Source of the DNA: a virus
Lineage: Duplodnaviria; Caudoviricetes
IMG/VR virus record: IMGVR_UViG_3300028591_000127
Coordinates: 1 to 64,000 of that record
Length of the DNA: 64,000 nt
Direction: 5' to 3' (one strand)
A model generated the notes under the pieces. The model had not been told where the DNA came from, did no database searches, and saw only the letters and a program-made list of their open reading frames with translations. This document shows, piece after piece, positions 8,215-18,522 of the stretch. The translations under genes were made by a program, and so were the position numbers. Position 1 is the first letter of the stretch; each line of letters opens with the position of its first letter.

Positions 8215-11200
8215 CTATAGTTCAGGCCGCCAGTAGAAAGCTGCCACAGGTCTCAACAAGTATTGGTTAGATTTATAAATATATGCCTTGAGTCCGTTAT
8301 TTTCACAAAATACAAAACCATTAGTCCTATAAGCTAGTGTACGGTAACATTCACCAGAAACACCATTATTACCTGTTACATGTGCCCCCCAGCCGACTAC
8401 GGAGGCTGATCCCACCGCTTGAGCCCTCCTTACCAGGATGTGGTAGATAGGCCTAACTGGTTCGGGTAGTGCTTCGAGGGTAGATATCCTCATATTGCCC
8501 ATTTCGTTTTTATTGAAGTAGGTATCATTTCTTGAGGTTCCATTATTGTTGAGCCACCATTGCCTACATATTTCCCCCAGGTCAGGGAGGTACCACTGCC
8601 CCCGCTTGAAGAAGCTTGAGCGATTCGAGCCCGCCCCTGTTGTAGGTTCCCACTGTCTACACTTCATAAATGCTGGATAGAACATAAACTGATAAGCAGC
8701 ATTACCGTTATTAGTTAATTGCGCCGCAGGCCAAGACTGTTGGTATTGCGTAGTATATGTAGTTGGTGTCATATCTTTGAAGTAGTAAGAGGACATATTC
8801 TCTTCCCACAGATCAGTTGTGTCATCATCTGAGGGTCTAATGAAAGGATATTTTTCAGCCCATCTTCCCTGTTCACCTTCACGTCCTGCTGTAGTATCAT
8901 CTTTACTTATCCATTGAACAGCACCAGAATCAGGATTAGTGATTGTGGTTCTAGCTAAGACATATTCAAAGAATTTATAGACTTTATCAGCTACAGTATC
9001 GGTAGCAATTTGTCCTGGATTTCTATATTTTGTCTTAGTGGCGACATCAATAGAGGTTGAGTAAGTCATTGTTCCGTTAGTATTGGAAGCAGCATTTAAC
9101 CAGCCAGCGGTATAAGGATTAGCGTAGGCGACATTATTAGGATTAGGTAGCCAAACTCTATTACCCTCGCCGTCGGTCATTTCCATATTACTAGCTGACA
9201 TAGTCCAGTTAGAACCGCCAATAGTACGTGAGGATCCTGCTAAATTAGAATTAATAACTTCAACGCTACCGCCACCTGCTCTATAGGGTGTAATACCGTT
9301 ATAGATGGCATTATCGAGTGTTGCAGCGGAAGAGCTAATAGTTTCATCAGACAGTCCTAGCCTATACATCGAGTTAACGTAGGTAGCAAAAATAGTATCG
9401 TATCCACTATTATTGCCTGGTCCCCAATAATCAGAGCCGATTGAGTTATAGGCATCAACTCTAACATCATAGATTTCAACACCTTCTCCAGCATTTTGTC
9501 TAGTGGACATAAATACAACACCAGTTAAGATTTTACCTGTACTATACTTATCATCACAGCAACCATCATTCCAAGCAAAGTCCCCTACTTGTGGTGCTCT
9601 CTTAAAGAATCCAATAATGACATCGAGTTTTGTCGTTCTATTCTCGACTGGAGTATTACCAGTAGGATCAGTTCTGACAATGCTGACTCTCAGACAGAAA
9701 CGTCTTTGCTGTTGGTCAGGAGACTCAAGGAAGTTAGGATTATTCAGAACATTAGCAGAATCAAACTCCATTGTTAAGGATTGCTGGTCTGTTATAGTTA
9801 CGAGACCACTAATAGAGGTTGCAGTGTTGGCTCCAGTTACTCCAGACTCAGAATTAATAACTCTCGGTGCATATTCAGAAGAAGAATCCTCAAAATCTTG
9901 GTGAATATAAACACTAGTATCGTCATCCTCCACTGTTAAGAAGCTCCAAGTAATAGCAGGTTTTCCATCAATAATATCGAAGTCATTAAAGTTTTCGGTA
10001 GGTGGAATAATGCTACCTCCTTGATAAATATACTTTGTTACACCACCGACAGTCTTAGTAGTCAGAAGATTACCATAGATAAAGTTAGGAATACTAATTT
10101 CACCTCTAACACCGGGAGACCATCCATTATTACCTCCAGAGTAGATTTGGTGATCAACGTAGAGAGGGTTATTAATATCTGTAATATCTCCATATTTATT
10201 AATCAGTTCAATCTTCTCTGCCCACTTAAGATATCTATAACCTACTGTTGAATTTGCCTCATTATCGTGGAGATAGATTTTGCCACTAAAGGTTGTTCTA
10301 GCTGATAGTGTTGAATCTCCAACTTTAGCGTAGTAGCAGAGAACGTCAGTACTAACTATCTTATTAGTACTACTTCCCCATCTAACATTAATAAGGTTAC
10401 AGTTTTCAAGTGGCGGTACTCCTTCTCTAGTTTTATCTCTATAAATGTTATAAGCAATATTATAGGTACTAAAGACAGCCTCATTCAGGTTTCGTCCGTT
10501 AATAGTTAGGTCTGTTAGGTTTGGATATCCCGAATAGGTTTCAGCTCCAACAGTATAATCGATGGCCTGGAAGGCGAAGCTAGTGATATTAGGTAGATCA
10601 GAGAGACTAAGTGTTGTCAAGGTTCCTGGCAGATATAGTTCAGTCAGAGTATCCGTTCTAGGTAGATTAACTTGGCTTAAGTTAGTTCCTCTTAGGTCTA
10701 GTTTCTGGAGTCTATATTGTTCAGTAAAATTACCTACACCACTAATACTGCTAACTCCACTCAGATCAAGAACTTTTATGAGTTTTGTATTTTCGGTTAT
10801 ATTAATATTGGTAGGTCTAAATACTAAGCCATCACCAGAAGCATCAAACTCAACAAGTCTTTTACCATTGAGAGTAAAGGTGGCATTTGGGTCTGTTATG
10901 AATCTATTGAAGGATCCCAGCTTTCTATAATAGTTAACACCGCAAAGAGCCAGAGTAGTGTCACCGGATACAGTACCAATAACAAATGGTAAGGGATTTT
11001 CTGTTTCACCTACTATCTTAATAGGCATACCTTGTGCATCGACTCTCCAACCTCCAGGTGCAAGTCTTACGTTATCTGTTACCACTGAAGAGCCAAATCC
11101 ACCCGAGGGATAGAGCCATTGATGTGGAACAAGGTTGAGTACTACTTCCAAATTACTGAGACCGCTAGGCATTTGACCAGTTCTAACACTGAGTGATCCT

Positions 11201-14200
11201 GAAGCAGCAGCACCAGAGAATTCTCCATAGGTACAATATGATGAGAGGTAGATAAGTCTTCTCTTCATAAATTCCTTTTCAGCCTGGAGTTGATCACCAA
11301 GAGACTGAGTGATAGGCATAATACCGGGAGGGTCGAAGGTACCCTGTTCAGTGGCAAGTTGAGCTGTTTCGTATCTGATTTTAGCAGTCTCGTTAAAAGC
11401 AATTGCAGGGAAGTATTCCTGAATATTATAGAAGTATTTTTGACAGCAACCACACACAGAGGTTTCAACTCCTCCAGTAGCAAGAGCTGTCATTCCTGCC
11501 AAGATACTAGACATCATACTCTGCAATCTCGAGTTAGCTTTTCTATCGGTTACTTGATTAGCACCAGTTCCAATACCGTAAGCTCTTTCAATGAGATCTT
11601 GGAGAACGTTAAACTGTCCTTCCCAGTGAGTACCAGTGGGATTACCTTGGATATCACGACCCATAATATCTCTCTCTTCAACCCAATATGGTTTACTTTG
11701 CCAACCTACATTATTAGTTCTGATAATAGTATCAAGGTCGTCCTGTGATAGAGTTATCTTACCAGTACCAGGATCAACAACGTAATAGGTATTCTTAGAT
11801 CTATTATCGGTTCCAGCAATCAGCTTAATAAATTCGTGATGGAAGAGAAGGTCATTAAGAACGAAGAAAGATTCAACATTCAATGCCACTCCATACTTAG
11901 CCTGTGAAACGTTACCAGTTTTAAAGTCCTCAATAATGGCACTTATAATCTGATTGTTTGCTGTTTCTACTGAAGAGGATAGTGTGAGATTCCATCTAGT
12001 ATTAACTTTTACTTCTTGCCATTCTCCCCAAACAGGTCTAGTAATATTATAAGTGTTTCCTCCCCAAGTTACAGATGCGGTAGCTGTACCTGTTACGCTA
12101 CGATATGTGGATCTAACCCACTTTCTTTGAGCATAGTTATATCGATATAGATTATACTGTGAACTTGGTGATTCAATATACTCTGAGTCATTTGAGTCAT
12201 TAGTCATCCAATAACAATAGCTGGTATTGATAGGATCGTATTCAGTATTTTGTGAAGGATCCTCTGTCCAAGCTCTCAGATTAGCTATTGTATCTTCCCA
12301 AGGTTTAATAAAGCAGTTATGTTCGTATAACCAGTTCCATGCATTCTTAATGTAACGCTCAGCTGATAAGGTACCAACAGTTTCTTCCGTTTCAAGCTCT
12401 TCCGGATAAGGTAGCTCTTCACCAGACGTATTAACCCAGGTATTACCCGCATCGAAATTAATATTTTTCAGACCATTATAATAGTAACACTCAGCGTCGG
12501 GATTATAAGTAACTTCCTCATTCCAGGGCACTCTCATGTCAGTTAAGGGATTATTATTATCTGCTCCCTCAAACATACCAAAGAGTTTCATAGCCTTATC
12601 ATAACCCCAAGTTGGTTTATCCATCTTACCAGGTCCAAAGGTACAGAGTCCTTGGAATACTGGCTGGGCATCCTCCGGCGTCTGAACAAAGTAGAGGAAA
12701 GGAAGTTCATAAACAGCAACACGGGCCTTAGAATTAGTCTTCATTATCGTATTACCGTCACTACTCGTCAGACAGATACGCCTATATAGATCATTATATA
12801 GGGCGGTAGCACCAGCTTTATGAGACTGCATTGAAGAGGCGTAATTAATCTTACTAACCAATTTCTTAGCTGCAGGGATATCACTGGTCATGGCGTATTT
12901 CTGACCTACTTCCTCACCGTTCAAATTAGTAAATCCTCCAGTTTCACCTTTCCATTGCCACTGATTATTCCACTCGTAATATGTCTTGGCTGTAGTACCC
13001 TGACCCTTCATTGTAAGTTCAGTCAAGGTTCCAGAATGGTCTTTATCTTGAGTATAGGTACCATCAGCATTTTTATTGACAATACTAATCTCGAGATAAC
13101 CTTTTTGGTCCTGTTGTGTTGCTGCAGAGTGATTACTTACATTATAACCATGCCAGAGTAAGCAGTTATATTGTTCTTTAGCAAGTGAATAATTGATATA
13201 ACCATTAGCAGTAATACTATTAGCTACTTTAAAGGCCTGTTTCTGAATTGCTGAAGGTAAGGATGACATATAATCCTGCTCAACATCACGACTACTAAGG
13301 CCTCCATAGCTACCAGTATAAATTCTAATTGAATAAATATCAATATCAGCATCGGGAGCACCAATTCTTATACCACCATGACCACCAGAGCTAATAAACT
13401 CATTTGCAGAACTATTATTAAATTTAAATTCGCGATTAATAACACCATTAATAAAAACTCTACCATAAGGTACTTCACCCGAGTTACCAGCCAGAGATCT
13501 TACATTATGAACAACGTTAAAGGCAATATGTGTTCTAACATCTTCTTGCCAAGCGAAGTTTTGCTGTTTCTCTGAGGTATTGCTAGTAGTCATGAATACA
13601 CCCTCTAGCGGTTTAAGTTGAATACCTTTAGTACAGTTTCCATTAGCATCTTCTTCACAGATTCTGAAAATGGGAGTATCTTCATCTGTTATATTACTAA
13701 CCATGAAATCTACTTCAATAGTTACATCAGAATTACTATCCTCAGCTCCTATATATTGTCCAAAAGGTTCATAGTCAATAGTAACATATCTATTACTTGG
13801 GACTCTCAACACTGTTTGTCCTACGGATCCTGTTACGCTATTAGTATCTTTAATCCAGCCATCAGAAGTCCAGTTAAATCCTTCAAAGTTTGCTGATACT
13901 GGTTGGCCATTAGCAGCATTGATAATTGTAGCTCTATTTTCTGCTGTTTCTGAATTACTTCTAGATTTTGGATTTAAGATAAAGGATGCGTGAGCTGTAG
14001 GGGTAAAGTCTTCTGAGTTCTCTACGACAACAGGTATTCTATTTCCAGTAAAACCTGACAACATATTGGATCCTTCAATATCAGTAGCTCTCAAGTAGGT
14101 CTGTATAGTTCTAAGGACTTTCTCTTCAATCTCAAGAGTATTGTTAAAGGTATATTTCGTAAGAGACTGTGCAGCTGTTTGTTCAAAGGTAAGATACTCA

Positions 14201-15423
14201 GTTGATCCAGTACTATTACCAAAAGCAAATCTCACATATCCCTCATCGTTGCTGGTCGGTCCACAATAAAGGGCATACCTAAAGAAATCGGTAGCTACGT
14301 AATTAGATGCTTGACTGACACAATTTTGAATTAATAATCTAGGAACACCATCATACTGGGACTCATCATTATCATCATAATTTCTCTGAACCATGACCTG
14401 ATTAACAACCCTGGCTGATTCTTTAGAAGGATCACCACTAACAGAAAGCCAAGCAGTAATAGTATGAACGCCATGACTTAATAGGAACTTCTTTTGACTT
14501 TCATTAGAAGGTTCTGTATATGTGTAGATGTATGGTGTCTCTAAGTATGAAGTAGTTCCAAGACCTATTACTGTGATTTCTTTAGTACTTGCAGTGCTTC
14601 CAGGACTGTCCATATCACCAGTAGAAGTTGATATTTGAATATGAAGATCCTTACCAACTGCACCCCCAATATAATAGCGGAAGAGATATGTATTATGGTC
14701 AGTGTCTGATCCGTCCTTCATACCAATAATAGGTCTTTCCCAATTGCCAGCAAACTCAATACTAAGTGTTGTTTTTGTTATACTACTAATCTGAACGGCA
14801 TTAGAGCTTGCTTGCATATCATCATTATTGACATTGACAATAAATCTCATCTGATATCCTACAACATCAGCGTCAACGTATTCAGAAATGTCATAGGTTT
14901 CATAATCATTCTCATCATCAATACTGGCTGAATTTATATTTTTTGACGCCTTTAGAACCCAAGATGAATTACTAGAAGTACGACCATAAATATTAAGGGT
15001 GCCAGTAACAGGGTTATCTACTGGTGCTGCATCAGCCTCCTTAAGTGTTGATGTAAATCTAATACTTGCTGATACCATTCCATCAATACTAACAATAGTA
15101 CTCGGGGTATCAACAAGCTCCAATTTAAGAGTAGTAACGGTAGCACCTCCACCGCCACCACCAGCAGCAGGGAGTACGATGTTTTCTAAGATTAAATTTG
15201 TCTTAGTAGGATCTCCCACCCACTCTTCATAATCCTCTATTGATGCGAAGGCCAGCATGTGATATTGGTCGTCGCTCCCCTTTTCTGGTTGTGAAAAGTA
15301 TCCAATTTTATTATCCTTATGATCTTTTAGGTACCTCTTTATAAACTCTTCTACACTAGTTCCGGCATAGTTTTCCCAAGAGGTTTCAAAATCAGGGATT
15401 AAAGTATTTATAATATCTGCCAT
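8215..15423 (-). CDS. Large putative adhesin/tail-fibre protein (2402 aa) with LamG-like and LRR-like segments and a C-terminal CLec-fold domain; expression locus of the cassette array
   Basis: Paralog of the DGR target (KINYASSMQSHK, GTDNRSKNTYY); C-terminal WYLPDLGE...HVT...KSNQYLLRPVAAF. Confidence 0.85.
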   Translation of the reverse strand: MADIINTLIPDFETSWENYAGTSVEEFIKRYLKDHKDNKIGYFSQPEKGSDDQYHMLAFASIEDYEEWVGDPTKTNLILENIVLPAAGGGGGGATVTTLKLELVDTPSTIVSIDGMVSASIRFTSTLKEADAAPVDNPVTGTLNIYGRTSSNSSWVLKASKNINSASIDDENDYETYDISEYVDADVVGYQMRFIVNVNNDDMQASSNAVQISSITKTTLSIEFAGNWERPIIGMKDGSDTDHNTYLFRYYIGGAVGKDLHIQISTSTGDMDSPGSTASTKEITVIGLGTTSYLETPYIYTYTEPSNESQKKFLLSHGVHTITAWLSVSGDPSKESARVVNQVMVQRNYDDNDESQYDGVPRLLIQNCVSQASNYVATDFFRYALYCGPTSNDEGYVRFAFGNSTGSTEYLTFEQTAAQSLTKYTFNNTLEIEEKVLRTIQTYLRATDIEGSNMLSGFTGNRIPVVVENSEDFTPTAHASFILNPKSRSNSETAENRATIINAANGQPVSANFEGFNWTSDGWIKDTNSVTGSVGQTVLRVPSNRYVTIDYEPFGQYIGAEDSNSDVTIEVDFMVSNITDEDTPIFRICEEDANGNCTKGIQLKPLEGVFMTTSNTSEKQQNFAWQEDVRTHIAFNVVHNVRSLAGNSGEVPYGRVFINGVINREFKFNNSSANEFISSGGHGGIRIGAPDADIDIYSIRIYTGSYGGLSSRDVEQDYMSSLPSAIQKQAFKVANSITANGYINYSLAKEQYNCLLWHGYNVSNHSAATQQDQKGYLEISIVNKNADGTYTQDKDHSGTLTELTMKGQGTTAKTYYEWNNQWQWKGETGGFTNLNGEEVGQKYAMTSDIPAAKKLVSKINYASSMQSHKAGATALYNDLYRRICLTSSDGNTIMKTNSKARVAVYELPFLYFVQTPEDAQPVFQGLCTFGPGKMDKPTWGYDKAMKLFGMFEGADNNNPLTDMRVPWNEEVTYNPDAECYYYNGLKNINFDAGNTWVNTSGEELPYPEELETEETVGTLSAERYIKNAWNWLYEHNCFIKPWEDTIANLRAWTEDPSQNTEYDPINTSYCYWMTNDSNDSEYIESPSSQYNLYRYNYAQRKWVRSTYRSVTGTATASVTWGGNTYNITRPVWGEWQEVKVNTRWNLTLSSSVETANNQIISAIIEDFKTGNVSQAKYGVALNVESFFVLNDLLFHHEFIKLIAGTDNRSKNTYYVVDPGTGKITLSQDDLDTIIRTNNVGWQSKPYWVEERDIMGRDIQGNPTGTHWEGQFNVLQDLIERAYGIGTGANQVTDRKANSRLQSMMSSILAGMTALATGGVETSVCGCCQKYFYNIQEYFPAIAFNETAKIRYETAQLATEQGTFDPPGIMPITQSLGDQLQAEKEFMKRRLIYLSSYCTYGEFSGAAASGSLSVRTGQMPSGLSNLEVVLNLVPHQWLYPSGGFGSSVVTDNVRLAPGGWRVDAQGMPIKIVGETENPLPFVIGTVSGDTTLALCGVNYYRKLGSFNRFITDPNATFTLNGKRLVEFDASGDGLVFRPTNINITENTKLIKVLDLSGVSSISGVGNFTEQYRLQKLDLRGTNLSQVNLPRTDTLTELYLPGTLTTLSLSDLPNITSFAFQAIDYTVGAETYSGYPNLTDLTINGRNLNEAVFSTYNIAYNIYRDKTREGVPPLENCNLINVRWGSSTNKIVSTDVLCYYAKVGDSTLSARTTFSGKIYLHDNEANSTVGYRYLKWAEKIELINKYGDITDINNPLYVDHQIYSGGNNGWSPGVRGEISIPNFIYGNLLTTKTVGGVTKYIYQGGSIIPPTENFNDFDIIDGKPAITWSFLTVEDDDTSVYIHQDFEDSSSEYAPRVINSESGVTGANTATSISGLVTITDQQSLTMEFDSANVLNNPNFLESPDQQQRRFCLRVSIVRTDPTGNTPVENRTTKLDVIIGFFKRAPQVGDFAWNDGCCDDKYSTGKILTGVVFMSTRQNAGEGVEIYDVRVDAYNSIGSDYWGPGNNSGYDTIFATYVNSMYRLGLSDETISSSAATLDNAIYNGITPYRAGGGSVEVINSNLAGSSRTIGGSNWTMSASNMEMTDGEGNRVWLPNPNNVAYANPYTAGWLNAASNTNGTMTYSTSIDVATKTKYRNPGQIATDTVADKVYKFFEYVLARTTITNPDSGAVQWISKDDTTAGREGEQGRWAEKYPFIRPSDDDTTDLWEENMSSYYFKDMTPTTYTTQYQQSWPAAQLTNNGNAAYQFMFYPAFMKCRQWEPTTGAGSNRSSFFKRGQWYLPDLGEICRQWWLNNNGTSRNDTYFNKNEMGNMRISTLEALPEPVRPIYHILVRRAQAVGSASVVGWGAHVTGNNGVSGECYRTLAYRTNGFVFCENNGLKAYIYKSNQYLLRPVAAFYWRPEL
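8259..8383 (-). other. Exchangeable variable region (expression site) within the adhesin gene
   Basis: Bounded by the same two anchors as the array units; identical to cassette 26. Confidence 0.9.
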
Positions 15424-15436
15424 AATTTATTAAAAA

Positions 15437-15631
15437 TCAATTTCCTTTCCATCCTTCTTTTCCAAGCCAAGGTTTAGCACCAACCCAATGACCTGAACCA
15501 AAGCAGGATCTTATGCCTTGCCAAATTAAAACTGCACCTCTATATACGGCGGTAGCAGTGTATTGAACAAACTCTCCTCCAACGATTTTCCACCAGTGTA
15601 TAGAGACAGTTTCTTTATTTTTTATAATCAT
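15437..15631 (-). CDS. Small Trp/Gly-rich protein (64 aa) preceding the adhesin
   Basis: ORF track; ATGA overlap with upstream gene; SCFGSGHWVGAKPW. Confidence 0.65.
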   Translation of the reverse strand: MIIKNKETVSIHWWKIVGGEFVQYTATAVYRGAVLIWQGIRSCFGSGHWVGAKPWLGKEGWKGN

Positions 15632-16002
15632 GACTCCTCTTCGTAGATGTAATAGAGTGTATTTTCGTCTTTTGGAGTAAGAGCTTCATATTCAGCTTCG
15701 GTTAAGTAGACTATTCTAATCTCTGAATCATAAAATATCTTTAGATCGTTAAAGTGATCTGTACCATTACCTACTTTATATGCATCATAAACTCCATTAT
15801 TTTGTGTTGAGACCCTAATAGTAACTCCATCTCCATAGATCTTATTCTGAAGTGTCAAAAAGTCTAGGTTGCCCTTAATAGGTAGAACTGCACTTTGAAC
15901 GAAGTCTTTTATATTATTACCATTATCATCAATAACAGCTTCAACGTGAGTTCTAGGAGCAAAGACATTACCTTCAGAATCCTTTAATTGTCGAATATTC
16001 AT
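15628..16002 (-). CDS. Small tail-fibre-associated protein (124 aa)
   Basis: YKVGNGTDHFNDL and LTEAEYEALTPKDENTLYYI resemble motifs seen in phage fibre proteins. Confidence 0.6.
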   Translation of the reverse strand: MNIRQLKDSEGNVFAPRTHVEAVIDDNGNNIKDFVQSAVLPIKGNLDFLTLQNKIYGDGVTIRVSTQNNGVYDAYKVGNGTDHFNDLKIFYDSEIRIVYLTEAEYEALTPKDENTLYYIYEEES

Positions 16003-16013
16003 TGCTATTTTAT

Positions 16014-16514
16014 TTATAATTCTAAACTATCTACCCACTTGGTTGCTGCATCTTTATTCCGCCAGCCTTCATTGAGTGTTTGATTAATAAATTCTACTCC
16101 TTGCAGATAAAATTCAGTAAGATCTTCTACGGTAGTGAATTCATGATAGATCGGCAATTTATGTTCATCCTCACCAATCTTAAAGGTTATTGGCAGAGAA
16201 TCACCATTAGTAATCATCGCCGCTCTTTGCCCTTCTGAAAAATTACGTTGATTCTCAGCTGACAACCATACACTTTTCCCTCGCCATGTAAAACCTGATA
16301 GGATCTTCTTATCAGTCTGAGAGTCGATATCAACTAGGAGCGCATTAAGAATATCATCTTTTGTTACAGACCCACTTGTCTCTATAGTAACACTAATAGC
16401 ACTCCAAGTTCCGTCTGGATTCTCTTTAGCATCATAGTTGATAGTAGTATATACTGTTCCTGGACCAAAAGATTTTATTATGGTGTCCGGTTTCTCTGAA
16501 AATGTTTCCATCAT
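16014..16514 (-). CDS. Putative tail-fibre assembly/chaperone protein (DUF4376-like); paralog of 7655-8146
   Basis: Shared GFTW..VWLS.ENQ.N motif. Confidence 0.6.
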   Translation of the reverse strand: MMETFSEKPDTIIKSFGPGTVYTTINYDAKENPDGTWSAISVTIETSGSVTKDDILNALLVDIDSQTDKKILSGFTWRGKSVWLSAENQRNFSEGQRAAMITNGDSLPITFKIGEDEHKLPIYHEFTTVEDLTEFYLQGVEFINQTLNEGWRNKDAATKWVDSLEL

Positions 16515-17926
16515 AATTTTAATTTATATTTCTTTTTTAATTTTACTATCTCATATGGCCCGACAATGTACATTTTCTCCCAGAAGCCCATTCCCATCTT
16601 GTCAATAGCTTTTCGTCGTTTTCGATAAGTTCTTCTTCTCCGACAGAATCCAAGATATGAGTTCATAACGCACTCTACATACCGGCAGTCTGCTGGGGTC
16701 ATATCTCCCTCTTTCATCAACTTATCAATGTCTTGAAATCTTTTTCTCATGTGTCGAATAGTTCTATTACTAAGATATAGTCTTCCGGGTTTAATATACG
16801 TTCCAACAAACAATACTCCGTGAGATACTGGTTGAAAATATCTCTTTTCTTTATGCATTGTCAGCCCTAGTTTATCTTTTAAGAAATTTTCTATTTTAAA
16901 AATAGATTCTTTTAGAAACTTTAAATCATCACTTACCAGAATAAAGTCATCAACAAATTGTGCTACACAATAATTTTTACCACGAAATAGCCAATGTACA
17001 TAGCTGATGAAGTGAGACATGAGAAAGTTAGCAAATAACTGAGTAGTAAGGTTGCCAATAGGAAGTCCTGTTTCCATAGTAAATAGTGATTTACGAGGAT
17101 TTAACTCATTCCACCATTCTGGAGGTGAGTTTATAATACAGTCTTTTTCTGGGTGATGCATTACAACCTCACGAACTAAGTATAGTAAGAGATTCTTATA
17201 TTCACCGTTATACTTCCGCTTTATAAATCGCTCCAGTAGGCACCAGAGAAGATCTTTATTGATGGACATAAAAAATCCCTCTAAGTCCCCTCTAAACACC
17301 CATGCTGGACGGCGATAATTGTTGGAAATACTTCGCATACCTTCTGCTACGTGTGTTACGGCTTTGTCTGTCCCAAACCCTTTGCGACAATTAAAAGACA
17401 CATTACCTTGTGATTCAAATCGTTTTTCAAACAATGGAGTTAGTCGAAGGGCTATCCAATGGTGTACGATTCGGTCTCGGAAAGAAGCTGCAAAAACTTC
17501 TCGCAGTTTTGGGTATTTAACTAGGAAGCAGGTAGATGTTCCAGGCTTATAAGTACCTTCCCACATTTCATTTGCTAAAACTGGTATATCTACGTTCGCT
17601 TTAGTCATATATTCAACAGCTTGTGCAGAGCGCATCTTTCCACGAAGACAGTCATGGTATGCTTCCCATACAGAATTAATAAAAGATTGTGGCACGGGAT
17701 AATCGGTAAACGCTGAAACAGCCCAAACAACGTTCGAGTTGTACTTATTGTTGTTGTTGTTCACGGTACCATTCTGGAAGTTGACGTTCCATGCGTTCGT
17801 AGCATTGTTCTCGGAACACGACCAGAAGTTACTGTTTCTATGCGACTCTGCAACATAGTAGCTGCCACACTTTTCTTGTGAAGCAGCGAGTCGCCCGTTT
17901 AGCGGATTATATGACACTCTAATCAT
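16511..17926 (-). CDS. DGR reverse transcriptase (ORF includes the TR at its 5' end; alternative GTG start near 17695)
   Basis: REVFAASFRDRIVHH, CRKGFGT, GDLEGFFMSI, GLPIGNLTTQLFAN, FVDD; adjacent TR and Avd. Confidence 0.95.
   Translation of the reverse strand: MIRVSYNPLNGRLAASQEKCGSYYVAESHRNSNFWSCSENNATNAWNVNFQNGTVNNNNNKYNSNVVWAVSAFTDYPVPQSFINSVWEAYHDCLRGKMRSAQAVEYMTKANVDIPVLANEMWEGTYKPGTSTCFLVKYPKLREVFAASFRDRIVHHWIALRLTPLFEKRFESQGNVSFNCRKGFGTDKAVTHVAEGMRSISNNYRRPAWVFRGDLEGFFMSINKDLLWCLLERFIKRKYNGEYKNLLLYLVREVVMHHPEKDCIINSPPEWWNELNPRKSLFTMETGLPIGNLTTQLFANFLMSHFISYVHWLFRGKNYCVAQFVDDFILVSDDLKFLKESIFKIENFLKDKLGLTMHKEKRYFQPVSHGVLFVGTYIKPGRLYLSNRTIRHMRKRFQDIDKLMKEGDMTPADCRYVECVMNSYLGFCRRRRTYRKRRKAIDKMGMGFWEKMYIVGPYEIVKLKKKYKLKL
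17706..17836 (-). ncRNA. DGR template repeat (TR)
   Basis: 131 bp aligning without gaps to 18542-18672 with 15 mismatches, 14 at TR adenines (coding strand); AAC-rich. Confidence 0.95.
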
Positions 17927-18360
17927 AACAGACTATAATTACCCTGGCCATTGTTATAATCGCGCAACGCTATTGCTTGTGCAACGATTCCACGTGCCAC
18001 TTTCTTTATTTTATCTTCTACTGGTTTTCCTATTAGTCCTTTACGGAATAATATGTGTATATCGTCTTGGACATCCTCAACGAAGATCCGCACCATGTTG
18101 AGATATTCAACTCTCTGACTGGGGTCATATACAGAGTGGGATAGTCCAATACATTTTTTAGCCTCGCTTACTGTCAAAAGAATACTATCTATGAATTTTG
18201 TTAGTTTACGAGGCACTAAGTCATATAAATTAACAATATTATATTTTAATTCAATCGCATCTCGATAGATAGACATTTGTCGTAAAGTGCGATGATTTCG
18301 CTTTTTTGAATTGCTAGCCTCTACAATTTCTTGAGGAATTATTACGCCTTTCTGTTCCAT
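17923..18360 (-). CDS. avd: DGR accessory variability determinant (Avd-like four-helix protein)
   Basis: 145-aa basic, helical-looking protein located between target gene and TR/RT. Confidence 0.75.
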   Translation of the reverse strand: MEQKGVIIPQEIVEASNSKKRNHRTLRQMSIYRDAIELKYNIVNLYDLVPRKLTKFIDSILLTVSEAKKCIGLSHSVYDPSQRVEYLNMVRIFVEDVQDDIHILFRKGLIGKPVEDKIKKVARGIVAQAIALRDYNNGQGNYSLL

Positions 18361-18482
18361 AGTGCTTCAAGAATTCCATTTTGTTCAGAAATAATTACTT
18401 TATTAGATGGTGTCCCGTAGGATTCACTTCTTATTTTCTTTTTGTTAATATCTACTGACATCAAATTAATAGTTTTTAAAGC

Positions 18483-18509
18483 GGACGACGGCTAACAAAG
18501 CCGCCATCC
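18483..18509 (-). promoter_or_regulatory. Hairpin downstream of the VR (candidate DGR target-recognition stem-loop)
   Basis: GGACGACGGCT-AACAA-AGCCGCCATCC imperfect inverted repeat about 14 nt past the stop codon. Confidence 0.5.
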
Positions 18510-18522
18510 ACAAAGCAAAAAG

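Noticed and set aside
1018-8383. Classical single-site shufflon
   Set aside because: Cassettes lack the terminal LLRPVAAF strand, have two anchors, are nearly all co-oriented, the expressed one is duplicated, and no adjacent invertase is seen. A two-step inversion route remains possible
16511-17926. Group II intron or retron RT
   Set aside because: The TR/VR pair with adenine-specific mismatches and the Avd-like neighbour identify it as a DGR
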